Positions 50,153 through 59,476 of a DNA stretch of 64,000 nt are shown one piece after another (within the stretch, counting starts at the first letter, position 1; each line of letters opens with the position of its first letter). This DNA comes from Rheinheimera sp. (GTDB lineage Bacteria > Pseudomonadota > Gammaproteobacteria > Enterobacterales > Alteromonadaceae). The stretch spans positions 433 through 64,432 of the forward strand of contig NZ_JAUYGV010000008.1 in the NCBI RefSeq assembly GCF_030690345.1. The letters run 5' to 3'. The notes under the pieces are model-generated. The model did not search any database. It saw nothing but the letters and a program-made list of their open reading frames with translations, and had not been told where the DNA came from. A program made the translations under genes and the position numbers.

Positions 50153-51091
50153 ATGAATATTAATAAGATGGATTTGAATCTGCTGGTGTACCTGGACGTA
50201 CTGCTGCGCGAGAAAAACGTTACCCGCGCGGCCAACCAGCTGAACATTACCCAGCCGGCGATGAGTAATGGTTTAAAACGGCTGCGCGATTTACTCAACG
50301 ATCCCATCTTAGTACGCACCTCAGATGGCATGGTACCGACCGAGCGCGCGCGTGAGTTGGCGCCAATAGTGCGCGGCGTATTATTAACATTGGAAGAAAC
50401 CCTGCAGCCAAATAAAGACTTTGAGCCGCTGCACAGCCAACGCGTATTTCGCATTATGGCCAGTGATTATGCCGCTTCAACCTTAATACCGGCACTGCTG
50501 AAAAAGATGCGCGCGCAAGCGCCGCATACCAGCCTGGATATTATGACGCCTTCCGATGTGACCTTTCACGATGTTGAAAACGGCAAAGTAGATATGGCGA
50601 TTAACCGCTTTGATCAGTTGCCGCAGTCGTTTCATCAAAAAACCGTATGGCGCGACAGCTTCTCCTGTTTAATCAATGCGCAAAACCCTGTACTGAAAAA
50701 CTTTAACTTAGACAGTTATTTAAAAGCACAGCATATTTGGGTGAGTAAAACCGGCTTTGGCGTAGGCGTAGGCATGGACCCGAAAGACGTGCAAAAGCTC
50801 GGCTGGGTAGACGAAGCCCTGGCTAAGTTGGGCAAGCAGCGCAGCATCTCGGTATTTACCCGTAACTACCATGTGGCGATGCACTTAGCCGTAGGCATAG
50901 ATTTAATCGCCACCCTGCCCAGCCGCGCTGCTAAGTTGTACGAGAACGACGCCACGATGGCCATTATGGACCCGCCGTTTGCCATACCCTCGATTGAGCT
51001 GAAGATGATTTGGAGCCCGTTACTGCACCAGGATGCCAGCCATATCTGGTTCCGCCGGCTGATTGTAGAAACTGCAGATGAATTGAACTGA
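50153..51091 (+). CDS. LysR-family transcriptional regulator
   Basis: 312-aa ORF with an N-terminal wHTH (MDLNLLVYLDVLLREKNVTRAANQLNITQPAMSNGLKRLR). Divergent from aceA. Confidence 0.9.
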   Translation: MNINKMDLNLLVYLDVLLREKNVTRAANQLNITQPAMSNGLKRLRDLLNDPILVRTSDGMVPTERARELAPIVRGVLLTLEETLQPNKDFEPLHSQRVFRIMASDYAASTLIPALLKKMRAQAPHTSLDIMTPSDVTFHDVENGKVDMAINRFDQLPQSFHQKTVWRDSFSCLINAQNPVLKNFNLDSYLKAQHIWVSKTGFGVGVGMDPKDVQKLGWVDEALAKLGKQRSISVFTRNYHVAMHLAVGIDLIATLPSRAAKLYENDATMAIMDPPFAIPSIELKMIWSPLLHQDASHIWFRRLIVETADELN

Positions 51092-51414
51092 CCCCTCCAG
51101 CGAAGGCTGGAATCCCGATTTGGTCGACACAGAGTGTCTGAGTGAGTGCGCAAGCGCGAGCGACAAATTCGTCTGGAACGAATTTGAACAGCTTTAGCTG
51201 GCCCGGAGGGTGCAAGGCAGGAAGCCTGAAATAGTTGCTGTGGCGAGCCAAAGCGGGAGTTGCAGCCGAAGCCTTGCTGCTGGCTTAGTAAAACACCCTG
51301 CCTCACTCGCCGGGGCAACTCGCCCTAATGCCTACGGCAGGGCTCAGACACTCCCCGACTCCTTCAACAGGGTCTTTTTCACGCAGCCGACCTTGGATGT
51401 TTCAACCTTAAAGC
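51092..51414. other. ~320-bp GC-rich structured non-coding element (candidate mosaic intergenic repeat or sRNA)
   Basis: There is no credible ORF (only short overlapping frames without SD). An 11-bp perfect inverted repeat GAGTGTCTGAG (51132..51142) / CTCAGACACTC (51343..51353) is present. A 9-bp hairpin CAAATTCGT-ctgga-ACGAATTTG lies at 51164..51186, with several further GC-rich helices. Confidence 0.4.
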
Positions 51415-51450
51415 CATAAAAAAGGCGCTGTCAGCAAGTCAGCGCCTTTT
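51415..51450. terminator. bidirectional intrinsic terminator downstream of aceB
   Basis: AAAAAA-GGCGCTG-(9-nt loop)-CAGCGCC-TTTT. Confidence 0.8.
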
Positions 51451-51470
51451 GCATTGGTGGTTTACTCAGG

Positions 51471-53075
51471 TTAATCAAGTAACTGATACGCCGGCAGGGT
51501 CAGGAAATCTACCAGCTGATCAGAAGTCGTGATATCAAGCAGTAAAGTTTGCGCCCGGGCAAAATTTTGCTCTGCCCATAGCGTTTCACCTACTTCTGCC
51601 CGCACCACTTTTGCCTCTTCTTCTAACATAGAAGCAAATAGGGTTTTGGTAATCAGCTTGCCGTTGCTTAAGCTTTTACCGTGTTTAATCCACTGCCAAA
51701 TCGAAGTACGCGAAATCTCTGCTGTGGCAGCATCTTCCATCAAACCATAAATCGGCACACAGCCTTTGCCACTGATCCAGGCGGCAATATATTGCAACGC
51801 TACGCGAATATTGGTGCGCATGCCCTCCTCCGTGCGCTCACCGTCACAGGGTTCCAGCAACTGCGCTGCAGTAATCTCTGTATCTTCTGCGCGGCTGACA
51901 TCCAGCTGGTTCTGCTTGCCGCCGGCCAGATACTTAGCAAATACCGCATTGGCAGTAGCCGCCAGTCCCGGGTGCGCCACCCAGGTGCCGTCGTGACCGT
52001 TAACCGCCTCAAGCTCTTTATCTGCGGTTACTTTGGCCAGAATAGCCGCGTTTTGTTCAGCGTCTTTGGCCGGAATAAAGGCCGCCATACCACCCATTGC
52101 CAAAGCGCCGCGTTTATGACAGGTTTTTACCAGCAAGCGCGAGTAGGCATTTAAAAACGGTTGTTTCATGCTAACCACCTGGCGGTCAGGCAGTACGCGG
52201 TCAGCATGATTTTTTAACGTTTTGATATAGCTGAAAATGTAATCCCAACGGCCGCAGTTAAGCGCCACTATGTGATCGCGCAGCATATACAAAATTTCGT
52301 CCATCTCAAACACCGCCGGCAGGGTTTCAATTAACACCGTGGCGCGAATGGTGCCAATCTTTTGGCTGAATTTTTGCTCGGTGTAACGGAACACATCGTC
52401 CCACCATTTGGCTTCCAAATGGCTTTGCAGTTTCGGCAGGTAATAGTACACACCGCTGCCATTGGCTAAGCGGGTTTGGTAGTTGTGCAGGAAATACAGC
52501 GCAAAGTCGACCAGCGAACCCGGAATTTGCTCACCATCAACCAACAAATGTTTTTCCCACAAGTGCAAACCGCGCACCCGGGCTATTAACAAGGCAGGGT
52601 TATCAGCCAACGCATAGTGTTTGCCACTTTGCGGATCGGTATAACTAATAGTACCAAGGTTAGCGTCGCGCAGATTAATCTGCCCCTCGATAACCCCGGC
52701 CCAACTGGGCGCCTGCGAATCTTCAAAGTCGGCCATAAACACTTTTACATCAGCGTTTAGCGCATTAATGATCATCTTACGGTCTACCGGGCCGGTAATT
52801 TCCACCCTTCGGTCCTGCAAATCCGCCGGTATGGCAGCTACCTGCCAATCAGACTGGCGAATATTGGCCGTTTGCGGCAGAAAATCCGGCAAGGTGCCCT
52901 CGTCATAGCGCTGCTGCGTAGTTTGACGGGCGGCTAATAATGCTGTTAAGCGCGGGCGGAATTCACGCGTCAATTCAACCAGTAAGGCACAAGCCTGTTC
53001 CGTCAGAATGCTGTCATAGCCATCATGTAACGGCGCGTTAATGGTTAAACCGGCACGGCTGATGCTTGTTGTCAT
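51471..53075 (-). CDS. aceB: malate synthase A
   Basis: 534-aa ORF with RRVEITGPVDRKMIINALNADVKVFMADFEDS... and ...NCGRWDYIFS... motifs. Confidence 0.95.
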   Translation of the reverse strand: MTTSISRAGLTINAPLHDGYDSILTEQACALLVELTREFRPRLTALLAARQTTQQRYDEGTLPDFLPQTANIRQSDWQVAAIPADLQDRRVEITGPVDRKMIINALNADVKVFMADFEDSQAPSWAGVIEGQINLRDANLGTISYTDPQSGKHYALADNPALLIARVRGLHLWEKHLLVDGEQIPGSLVDFALYFLHNYQTRLANGSGVYYYLPKLQSHLEAKWWDDVFRYTEQKFSQKIGTIRATVLIETLPAVFEMDEILYMLRDHIVALNCGRWDYIFSYIKTLKNHADRVLPDRQVVSMKQPFLNAYSRLLVKTCHKRGALAMGGMAAFIPAKDAEQNAAILAKVTADKELEAVNGHDGTWVAHPGLAATANAVFAKYLAGGKQNQLDVSRAEDTEITAAQLLEPCDGERTEEGMRTNIRVALQYIAAWISGKGCVPIYGLMEDAATAEISRTSIWQWIKHGKSLSNGKLITKTLFASMLEEEAKVVRAEVGETLWAEQNFARAQTLLLDITTSDQLVDFLTLPAYQLLD

Positions 53076-53314
53076 AAGTCTGTCCTTTTTTGCTGCTAAT
53101 ACCCGGCGACTAATTCAGCCTTGCGGGATCAGGGATACGCACTAACTATAAGCGCTTTTTAGCTATAAAATGTATCAATGCAAACAATGCCTGCCATTCG
53201 CAGCATAAATAGTTAAGTTGTAAAATCAGCCCTAATGTTGGCACAACTTATGCTTTAACTATCACAGTGTTGTGGTGTGTCAGACACCGGGTCAATTTTC
53301 TGTCGGAGGTGTGC

Positions 53315-53968
53315 ATGGAGTATGTCCTGCTATTAATTTTACTTTTGGTAATAGTGGTCGCGATGGTAGCCAGCCGTTTTATTGACAGTGGTAACCCTTT
53401 TCCGCTGCAGAAGAAAGGCAGCTTGTTCAGCCCGGTAGAGCGCTCTTTTATGCAACTGCTGGAAAAAGCCGTAGCGGACGACTACAAAATTATAAACAGA
53501 GTGCGGCTGGCCGACGTAATGGAGTTAAAAAACGGCACCAGCGATAAAACCCGCGCCAGCACCATGCAAAAGTTAAACGCCAAATACTTAGACTTTGTAT
53601 TATGCGACCCACAAGATTTCAGCGTTATAGCGGTATTAGATTTGGTGAATAACAGTAGTAAAGACGGCCACAAAGCGGTGCCGGATTGGTTTGTTAACGG
53701 TGCTTTAGACGCGGCCGGTGTGCCTTATCTACGCATGAAAATAAAAGCCGGTTATACTGCCGCCGATATTCAGGCCGCTATTGCCGCCCGCTTAGGCAAA
53801 ACGGTTGCCAAAGCTGAACCTATGTACAAAGGATTAGTGAAAACAGGCCCCACCCGGCCAGTACGTTCACTAAGACCGGCAACAACCGGCGGCAATACTT
53901 TGCCGGTACCGGCGTTGTCACACTCACAAATTAAGGCGCAGCAAACTGCGCTGATCCGGGCTTCTTAA
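53315..53968 (+). CDS. DUF2726-like protein with N-terminal TM helix
   Basis: I chose the start at 53315 (MEYVLLLILLLVIVV...) because GGAGG lies upstream. SPVERSFMQLLEKAV...YKIINRVRLADV...KYLDFVLCD resembles the DUF2726 (endonuclease-fold) pattern from memory. Confidence 0.65.
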   Translation: MEYVLLLILLLVIVVAMVASRFIDSGNPFPLQKKGSLFSPVERSFMQLLEKAVADDYKIINRVRLADVMELKNGTSDKTRASTMQKLNAKYLDFVLCDPQDFSVIAVLDLVNNSSKDGHKAVPDWFVNGALDAAGVPYLRMKIKAGYTAADIQAAIAARLGKTVAKAEPMYKGLVKTGPTRPVRSLRPATTGGNTLPVPALSHSQIKAQQTALIRAS

Positions 53969-54006
53969 CGCACATGGAGAAATGAGTCACTCCGCGCTAA
54001 GTTGGA

Positions 54007-54038
54007 ATGCCGCCCGCTGCAACGGGCGGCATTTTTTT
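54007..54038 (+). terminator. intrinsic terminator
   Basis: ATGCCGCCCG-ctgcaa-CGGGCGGCAT followed by 7 T. Confidence 0.85.
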
Positions 54039-54121
54039 ATCTGTAAAAAAATGCGTAATAAATGCTAAAGGTATTTATCTCCCGGCCGTTACAGTCTTGA
54101 GGAATTGGCAAAGGAGGTTCT

Positions 54122-54316
54122 ATGAGTCAATCCGTTGGCGCTTTGGCGTCGAACCAGGGCTTTGAAGTACTGGGGGCCGTAATGGCCAAAAAGCAACAAA
54201 ACCAGGAAGCTAAAATGGCGACCATGCTGGTACAAAGTGCTATGCAATCGGTTGAGCAGGTACAGGCTTCATCCCCTGTAGGCAACCTGGGACAAAACAT
54301 TAATATCACGGTTTAA
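54122..54316 (+). CDS. YjfB-like putative motility-associated small protein
   Basis: 64-aa ORF with a strong SD (AAAGGAGG). The Gln/Ala/Met-rich helix and the C-terminal ...GNLGQNINITV resemble the YjfB family (from memory). It has its own terminator. Confidence 0.5.
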   Translation: MSQSVGALASNQGFEVLGAVMAKKQQNQEAKMATMLVQSAMQSVEQVQASSPVGNLGQNINITV

Positions 54317-54334
54317 CGGATATTAATGTAGTAA

Positions 54335-54365
54335 AAACAAAGGCCGGCATCTGCCGGCCTTTTCT
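54335..54365. terminator. bidirectional intrinsic terminator (small gene / MCP gene)
   Basis: AGGCCGGCA-tc-TGCCGGCCT with flanking A and T runs. Confidence 0.8.
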
Positions 54366-54399
54366 ATATCTGCAGCTTATAGCCCGGTTAACTGCCGCC

Positions 54400-55953
54400 C
54401 TAGCGGGCAAAGCGCACCACTAATTCATGTAACTCATTTGATACTAACTGTAATTGCTTAATGCTGTCGGCTGAGTTTGCCGCTTCGGTCAGGCTGTTAT
54501 TAGCTAAACCGGAAATATTAACCACCTGCTGGTTCACTTCTTCTGCCACATTAGCTTGTTGCTCTACCGCTGCCGCCATTTGAATAGACATATTGGCGAT
54601 ATTACCCACTGCATCTGAAATGCCATTCAACATTTCTTCGGTTTCTTTTACTCTGCTAAGCCCGGTTTCAGCACCGGCAGTGCCGCTTTGGGCCACACGC
54701 ACGGCGGTGTCAGCTCTGCTGGTTAAATCACTGACAATTTGATGAATTTCTTTGGTGGACTCCTGCGTACGCTGCGCCAGGTTGCGAACTTCATCTGCCA
54801 CCACGGCAAAGCCCCGGCCCTGCTCTCCGGCGCGCGCGGCTTCAATAGCGGCATTTAGCGCCAGCAAATTGGTTTGCTCAGCAATTTGTTCAATCATTTG
54901 CGCTACTGTGGCTATTTTGCGGGTTTGCTCCGACACCTCGGTAACAGAGCTGCTGATAGCATTCACGGTTTCGCGCAGCTCTTCTATCGCCTTGCGCGTT
55001 ATGCCCGCAGTATGCCGGCTCTTGCCGGCCAGTTCATTAGACTGCTCGGCTTGTTGCGCGGTTTCCTGTACATGCTTTGATACTTCAGCGATGGTGGTGG
55101 TCATCTGATGCATCGCTGTCGCAGCTTGCTCGGTTTCCTGCTGCTGGCGCTCGATTAACTTCATTGAAGATTGCGCCAGCTGCAAGCCCAGATCTGACTG
55201 CTTCGACACACTTTTGGCTGCATCTTCCATCCGGCTCAACACAGCCCCCAGATGAGCTTTAGAGCTCATCACAGCCACTTTCAGCTCACCAACATCCGGT
55301 GAGTCATCGGTAAAGGTTTGCACCGCCAGCTCATGTCGGAACGAGTTAGCTAACAACATTTTGACGCTATCCAGCGCGTTCTTCTTGCTGACATTAGCCC
55401 AAGCCACATAGCCAATCAGCGCCAGCAACAGCACTAACTGTGATATGCCGGCAAAGCCACTAAAGTGTAAACCGGCGGCCAGCAGCAGCACAGCTGCCAA
55501 CCCGGCATTGGCGGCCCCGAGGTGAAAATTGCGCGCGCGGAACTTGCCGTTGTTAATGGCAGCATAAAGTTTTTCCGCCCGTTTGATATCGTCGCGCGCC
55601 GGACAAGAGCGCACCGATTCATAGCCAATAACACGGCCGTTTTCCGTTACCGGTGTCACATACGCATCGACCCAGTAATAATCACCGTTTTTGCTGCGGT
55701 TTTTTACCAACCCCATCCACGGCTTGCCGGCTTTTAAATGCTCCCACATTATTTTATACGCCAATGGCGGCATATCCGGGTGGCGCACGATATTGTGCGG
55801 CTGACCAATTAACTCCGCTTTGCTAAAGCCGCTTATTTCAATAAACGCGTCGTTACAGTGCCGGATATTACCGTTCAAATCAGTGTTAGAAATCAATTTT
55901 TGTTGCGGGGGAAAAGTACGTTCGGTGTTAGTAACCGGCATATTACGACGCAT
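54400..55953 (-). CDS. PAS-domain methyl-accepting chemotaxis protein (Aer-like topology)
   Basis: 517-aa ORF with an N-terminal PAS domain ([22 protein letters not shown]...NIVRHPDMP...[17 protein letters not shown]), a central hydrophobic hairpin and a C-terminal MCP signalling domain ([31 protein letters not shown]). The start could instead be the ATG at 55941. Confidence 0.9.
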   Translation of the reverse strand: MRRNMPVTNTERTFPPQQKLISNTDLNGNIRHCNDAFIEISGFSKAELIGQPHNIVRHPDMPPLAYKIMWEHLKAGKPWMGLVKNRSKNGDYYWVDAYVTPVTENGRVIGYESVRSCPARDDIKRAEKLYAAINNGKFRARNFHLGAANAGLAAVLLLAAGLHFSGFAGISQLVLLLALIGYVAWANVSKKNALDSVKMLLANSFRHELAVQTFTDDSPDVGELKVAVMSSKAHLGAVLSRMEDAAKSVSKQSDLGLQLAQSSMKLIERQQQETEQAATAMHQMTTTIAEVSKHVQETAQQAEQSNELAGKSRHTAGITRKAIEELRETVNAISSSVTEVSEQTRKIATVAQMIEQIAEQTNLLALNAAIEAARAGEQGRGFAVVADEVRNLAQRTQESTKEIHQIVSDLTSRADTAVRVAQSGTAGAETGLSRVKETEEMLNGISDAVGNIANMSIQMAAAVEQQANVAEEVNQQVVNISGLANNSLTEAANSADSIKQLQLVSNELHELVVRFAR

Positions 55954-56173
55954 AACAGAGTGCTCCGTGCATTAACAAATATTTAAGCTGTGCCCTAAAA
56001 ATAGCAACAGTTCGCAATAAGGCAATGAAGATTAAAGAATATAGTGTGAAGAGCGACAGCTTGCCGCGAAAACGTTAAGTAAGGTTAAGCAAAGTAAAGC
56101 AGGGTAAATTATTGAACCGCAGTGCGGATAACGCATTCTTAGCCCCGTTATATCATCTACTTAATGAGGCGTT

Positions 56174-57520
56174 ATGCGTATTTTTTTAACAGTATCGGCA
56201 CTTGGCAGCTTAATGATGTTAACCGGTTGTGGTAGCAGCAGTTCTGATGACACATCAGCCACTTACACCAGCAGCTATATTCAGCTGTATAACGGTTCTG
56301 CCAACAGTACCTCCACCAGGCTGTTACTCACCGACAGTGATGACAGCACTGTGCTGGCCGGCACTGCTGCCTATGCTGATGCTACATCCTTAGTTAGTTA
56401 CACCCCGGCCACTTATGACATCTCCCTTAGTCGCCTGAATAGCGACGGCGATGATATCAGCATGCTGGATACAAGTATTACCCTGCGTAAAAGTTACAAA
56501 CACCTGTTGTTGCTAACCGGCGACTACAACGCCCCTGAACTGCTAAAGCTGGAGTTTTTGCGCGATGACAGCCTGACAGACAGTTTTAAGCTGTATGTGG
56601 TCAGCTTATTGCCCGACGACAGCGCCTATGATGTGTACTTAAGCACGTCCGATACCGGCTTTGACGATGCCACCCTGGCGGCAACCTTAAATTACAGCCA
56701 AATAAGCTCTGTGCTGGAATTTGACAGCGGTAATTATATTGTTTACATCACTGTAGCCGGTAGCCGCGACATATTATTTCAATCACCAAAATATAACTTT
56801 GAATATCTTACCGAGTATGTGCTGGTGCCACGCATTGCGTCAGGCCCGCTGGCAGGCAACATAGCGGTAGATGTTATTAATAACACCACTACCGTTGGCG
56901 ACCTGACCGATCTGACCGCACAAGCACAGTTCCGGCTTTACAACAGTGTAGACAGCGCCGGCAGCAGTGATATTTATCTGGATGGCGATGTAGCAATAAC
57001 ATCAATTAGCGCTGACAGTTTGTCCGATTATGTCGAGTTAGCGGCGAAAGACTACCGCTTGTCGGCAACCGGTGAACAAGGACAATTGTTTTTAAATAAC
57101 GCCCTGCTGACCTTAAACCAGGGTGAAAGCAAAGCTGTGGTGTTATATCAAAACGCCAATGCTGCAACCGCGGTTATGGTGATAGAGGAAAGCAATACAC
57201 CGCAAATTTATGACTTTGATCTGAATGTGGTAAACACCATTTTTGATTACAGTACCTTAAGTATTTATTTTGTACCGCCCAACGAAACCATTGATACCAC
57301 AGAGTATTACATTACGTCGGTTAACAGCGGGGCACAAAAAGAAATCAACCTGCCGGACGGCGAATACACTATTTTTCTGCTTTATACCGACGACAATAAG
57401 AACAAAACCCTGATAGCCGAGTCTGACATGCAGCAGTTTGTTGCCGGCAGCAACTATTTGCTGGTTGCCGAACCCGACAGCGGCAGCAGCAGCGGTTACA
57501 AATTGAGCTTATTGCGTTAA
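56174..57520 (+). CDS. DUF4397-like lipoprotein
   Basis: 448-aa ORF with a lipobox LTGCGSS. A repetitive beta-rich sequence carries recurring ...YD(I/V)(S/Y)L... modules, as in DUF4397 (from memory). Confidence 0.65.
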   Translation: MRIFLTVSALGSLMMLTGCGSSSSDDTSATYTSSYIQLYNGSANSTSTRLLLTDSDDSTVLAGTAAYADATSLVSYTPATYDISLSRLNSDGDDISMLDTSITLRKSYKHLLLLTGDYNAPELLKLEFLRDDSLTDSFKLYVVSLLPDDSAYDVYLSTSDTGFDDATLAATLNYSQISSVLEFDSGNYIVYITVAGSRDILFQSPKYNFEYLTEYVLVPRIASGPLAGNIAVDVINNTTTVGDLTDLTAQAQFRLYNSVDSAGSSDIYLDGDVAITSISADSLSDYVELAAKDYRLSATGEQGQLFLNNALLTLNQGESKAVVLYQNANAATAVMVIEESNTPQIYDFDLNVVNTIFDYSTLSIYFVPPNETIDTTEYYITSVNSGAQKEINLPDGEYTIFLLYTDDNKNKTLIAESDMQQFVAGSNYLLVAEPDSGSSSGYKLSLLR

Positions 57521-57539
57521 ACAACTTACTGAGGTAGCC

Positions 57540-58232
57540 GTGCTGCACATACTGTTAATTGATGATGACGTTCAACTAACCGCCCTGCTGGCAGAATACC
57601 TGCAAAAAGATGGCTTTAACGTGTCCAGCGCTAATAACGGCGCGGCCGGATTAGAGTGTTGTCAAAAGCAGGCAGTTGATCTGGTCATACTGGATGTAAT
57701 GATGCCGCAGTTAGATGGTATCTCGGTATTAAAACAGCTGCGCCGCGACAGTAATATCCCCGTGATCATGTTAACGGCGCGGGGAGAAGACCTGGATAAA
57801 GTAATAGGCCTGGAGCTGGGGGCGGACGACTACATTGCCAAACCCTGTCTACCGCGGGAGCTCAGTGCCCGCATTAAAGCCATACTGCGCCGTGTACAAC
57901 AAAGCCGCAACCAAACTGAACTGCAACTGGGTGCTTTGTGCATTAAGCCGGTTAACCGCAGTGTGTCGCTGCAACAGCACAATATTGAATTAACCGGTGC
58001 CGAGTTCAGTATTTTATACCTGCTGGCACAACACGCCGGCCATGTTATCAGTAAAGCGGAGCTGTCACAGCAAGCGCTGGGTAAACCGCTGGGCAGTTAC
58101 GATCGCAGCATTGATGTGCATATCAGCCATATCCGGCAAAAGCTGGGTAAGCCACCGGCAGGGCAACAATGGGTCACCTCTGTGCGTGGCAAAGGCTATC
58201 AGTTTACCTATCCGTTTGGCGGCGGAGCATAA
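57540..58232 (+). CDS. OmpR-family response regulator (CpxR-like)
   Basis: 230-aa ORF with a GTG start. ILLIDDD...DLVILDVMMPQLDGISVLKQLR...PVIMLTARGEDLDKVIGLELGADDYIAKP is very close to E. coli CpxR, with a winged-helix C-terminus (VRGKGYQF). Confidence 0.9.
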   Translation: MLHILLIDDDVQLTALLAEYLQKDGFNVSSANNGAAGLECCQKQAVDLVILDVMMPQLDGISVLKQLRRDSNIPVIMLTARGEDLDKVIGLELGADDYIAKPCLPRELSARIKAILRRVQQSRNQTELQLGALCIKPVNRSVSLQQHNIELTGAEFSILYLLAQHAGHVISKAELSQQALGKPLGSYDRSIDVHISHIRQKLGKPPAGQQWVTSVRGKGYQFTYPFGGGA

Positions 58233-58236
58233 CAAG

Positions 58237-59394
58237 ATGAATAAATTGTTTTGGCGTTTTTTCCTCGTATTTTGGGCCACCTTGCTTATGGCAGTTGTGT
58301 TAGTGCGCCTGACCTTTACCTGGGATGATGCTCCCCCCTGGTTGCCACCGGACAAGCTACCGTTTGGGGCCGGCTTTTTCAGCCAGCCATCAATACCGGC
58401 GCACAGTATCAACGCTGCAGGCGCCGCAGCTCTCCCCGTAACTGTTGCAACTCCGCATCCCGTGCCGCCATTTTGGCGCCGGCCGTTGCTGCATTTGGCG
58501 GTGTTGCTGGCCACCAGTATCTTGTTTAGCTGGGTACTGGCGCGCAATATTGCCGCGCCGGTACGCCAGCTAAAGCTGGCGCTGGCCGGGTTAGCGGCAA
58601 ATAACTGGCGCACCCAGCTTGGCCCGGAGCTGATAACGCGGCGGGACGAATTTGGTAGCTTGAGCCGCAACTTCAACCAAATGGCCGGCCAGGCAGCAGA
58701 GGCCATCGCCTCGCAGCGCCGTCTGCTGCACGATGTATCCCACGAGCTGCGCTCGCCGCTGGCCAGAATGCAAATTCTTACCGGGCTGGCGGCACAGTCA
58801 CCATCTTATGCAACTATGGCAATGGAAAAAATTGAACAAGAGGCCAGCAAGCTCGATGCGCTGGTTACTGAAATTCTGACCTTTTCCAGGTTGGAAAGCG
58901 GAGCAGTTTGCGCCGAACATATTGATATTAACCTGGCGGAGTTAGTCGCTTCGGTCTGCGATGATGCGCGACTGGAAGCCGACAGCAGCAATAAGTCACT
59001 ATGGTTGCATCTGGAAAATGTGCCGTTAATTAAAGGCGATCCGTCTTTGCTGTACAGTGCGATAGAAAATGTGATCCGCAATGCAGTGAAATATACCCCG
59101 CCGTACTCAGAAGTCAGTGTTTGCCTGCGGCAACATCAGCAACAGCTGAGTTTGCAAGTGCGCGATCAGGGCCCGGGTGTGGCACCGCAGTACCTGGCTA
59201 AATTGTTTACGCCGTTTTTTCGCGCCCAGAGCAATCACAACGGTATAGGTTTAGGGCTAAGCATTGCCAAACGCGCCACTGAGGCCTGCAATGGCAGTAT
59301 AGATGTAGCTAATATCATGACAAATAACGAAATTAGTGGCTTTAGCGTGGTCATTACCTTACCACTCAGTTCATCTGCCGTTCAGGCGGAATAA
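58237..59394 (+). CDS. sensor histidine kinase (CpxA-like)
   Basis: I chose the start at 58237 (MNKLFWRFFLVFWATLL...; GGAG upstream, 4 nt after the regulator stop). The ORF-track start 57997 would overlap the regulator gene. It has HAMP, HisKA (LLHDVSHELRSPLA) and HATPase (NVIRNAVKYT, DQGPGV, GIGLGLSI). Confidence 0.88.
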   Translation: MNKLFWRFFLVFWATLLMAVVLVRLTFTWDDAPPWLPPDKLPFGAGFFSQPSIPAHSINAAGAAALPVTVATPHPVPPFWRRPLLHLAVLLATSILFSWVLARNIAAPVRQLKLALAGLAANNWRTQLGPELITRRDEFGSLSRNFNQMAGQAAEAIASQRRLLHDVSHELRSPLARMQILTGLAAQSPSYATMAMEKIEQEASKLDALVTEILTFSRLESGAVCAEHIDINLAELVASVCDDARLEADSSNKSLWLHLENVPLIKGDPSLLYSAIENVIRNAVKYTPPYSEVSVCLRQHQQQLSLQVRDQGPGVAPQYLAKLFTPFFRAQSNHNGIGLGLSIAKRATEACNGSIDVANIMTNNEISGFSVVITLPLSSSAVQAE

Positions 59395-59476
59395 ATAAAC
59401 TGCAACGCTGTTTTTTCCGTTTTAGTTAATTTTTGCATTACACTGTAATTGCATCTGCGACCGCAAAGGATCTGCC

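Noticed and set aside
50866-51419. Three overlapping ORF-track entries (150, 95 and 69 aa) across the lysR 3' end and the structured spacer
   Set aside because: They are mutually exclusive frames without SD sequences. The translations are Arg/Ser/Gly-rich with no family resemblance, and one is antisense to the LysR gene. The region is better explained as structured non-coding DNA.
51092-51420. CsrB/RsmY-type CsrA-sequestering sRNA
   Set aside because: There are only about six GGA motifs in ~330 nt, and only two or three sit in plausible hairpin loops (CUGGA, AGGAA). Genuine CsrB-family RNAs have far denser A(N)GGA loops.
57997-58236. N-terminal extension of the kinase ORF overlapping the response-regulator gene. 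Analogous ORF-track extensions occur for frr (9810..9848), yqcC (22233..22313), ppnN (29108..29125), xni (30463..30483), deoB (37746..37799), prolyl oligopeptidase (40125..40175), the deaminase (35172..35237), the GNAT gene (23624..23713) and the DUF2726 gene (53267..53314).
   Set aside because: In each case an internal start gives the canonical N-terminus or length, is preceded by a Shine-Dalgarno sequence, and avoids overlap with the upstream gene or a structured element.
58065-58706. 213-aa minus-strand ORF antisense to the CpxA-like kinase gene
   Set aside because: It is a shadow of a well-supported kinase ORF. The Arg/Ala-rich translation is typical of antisense GC-rich frames.
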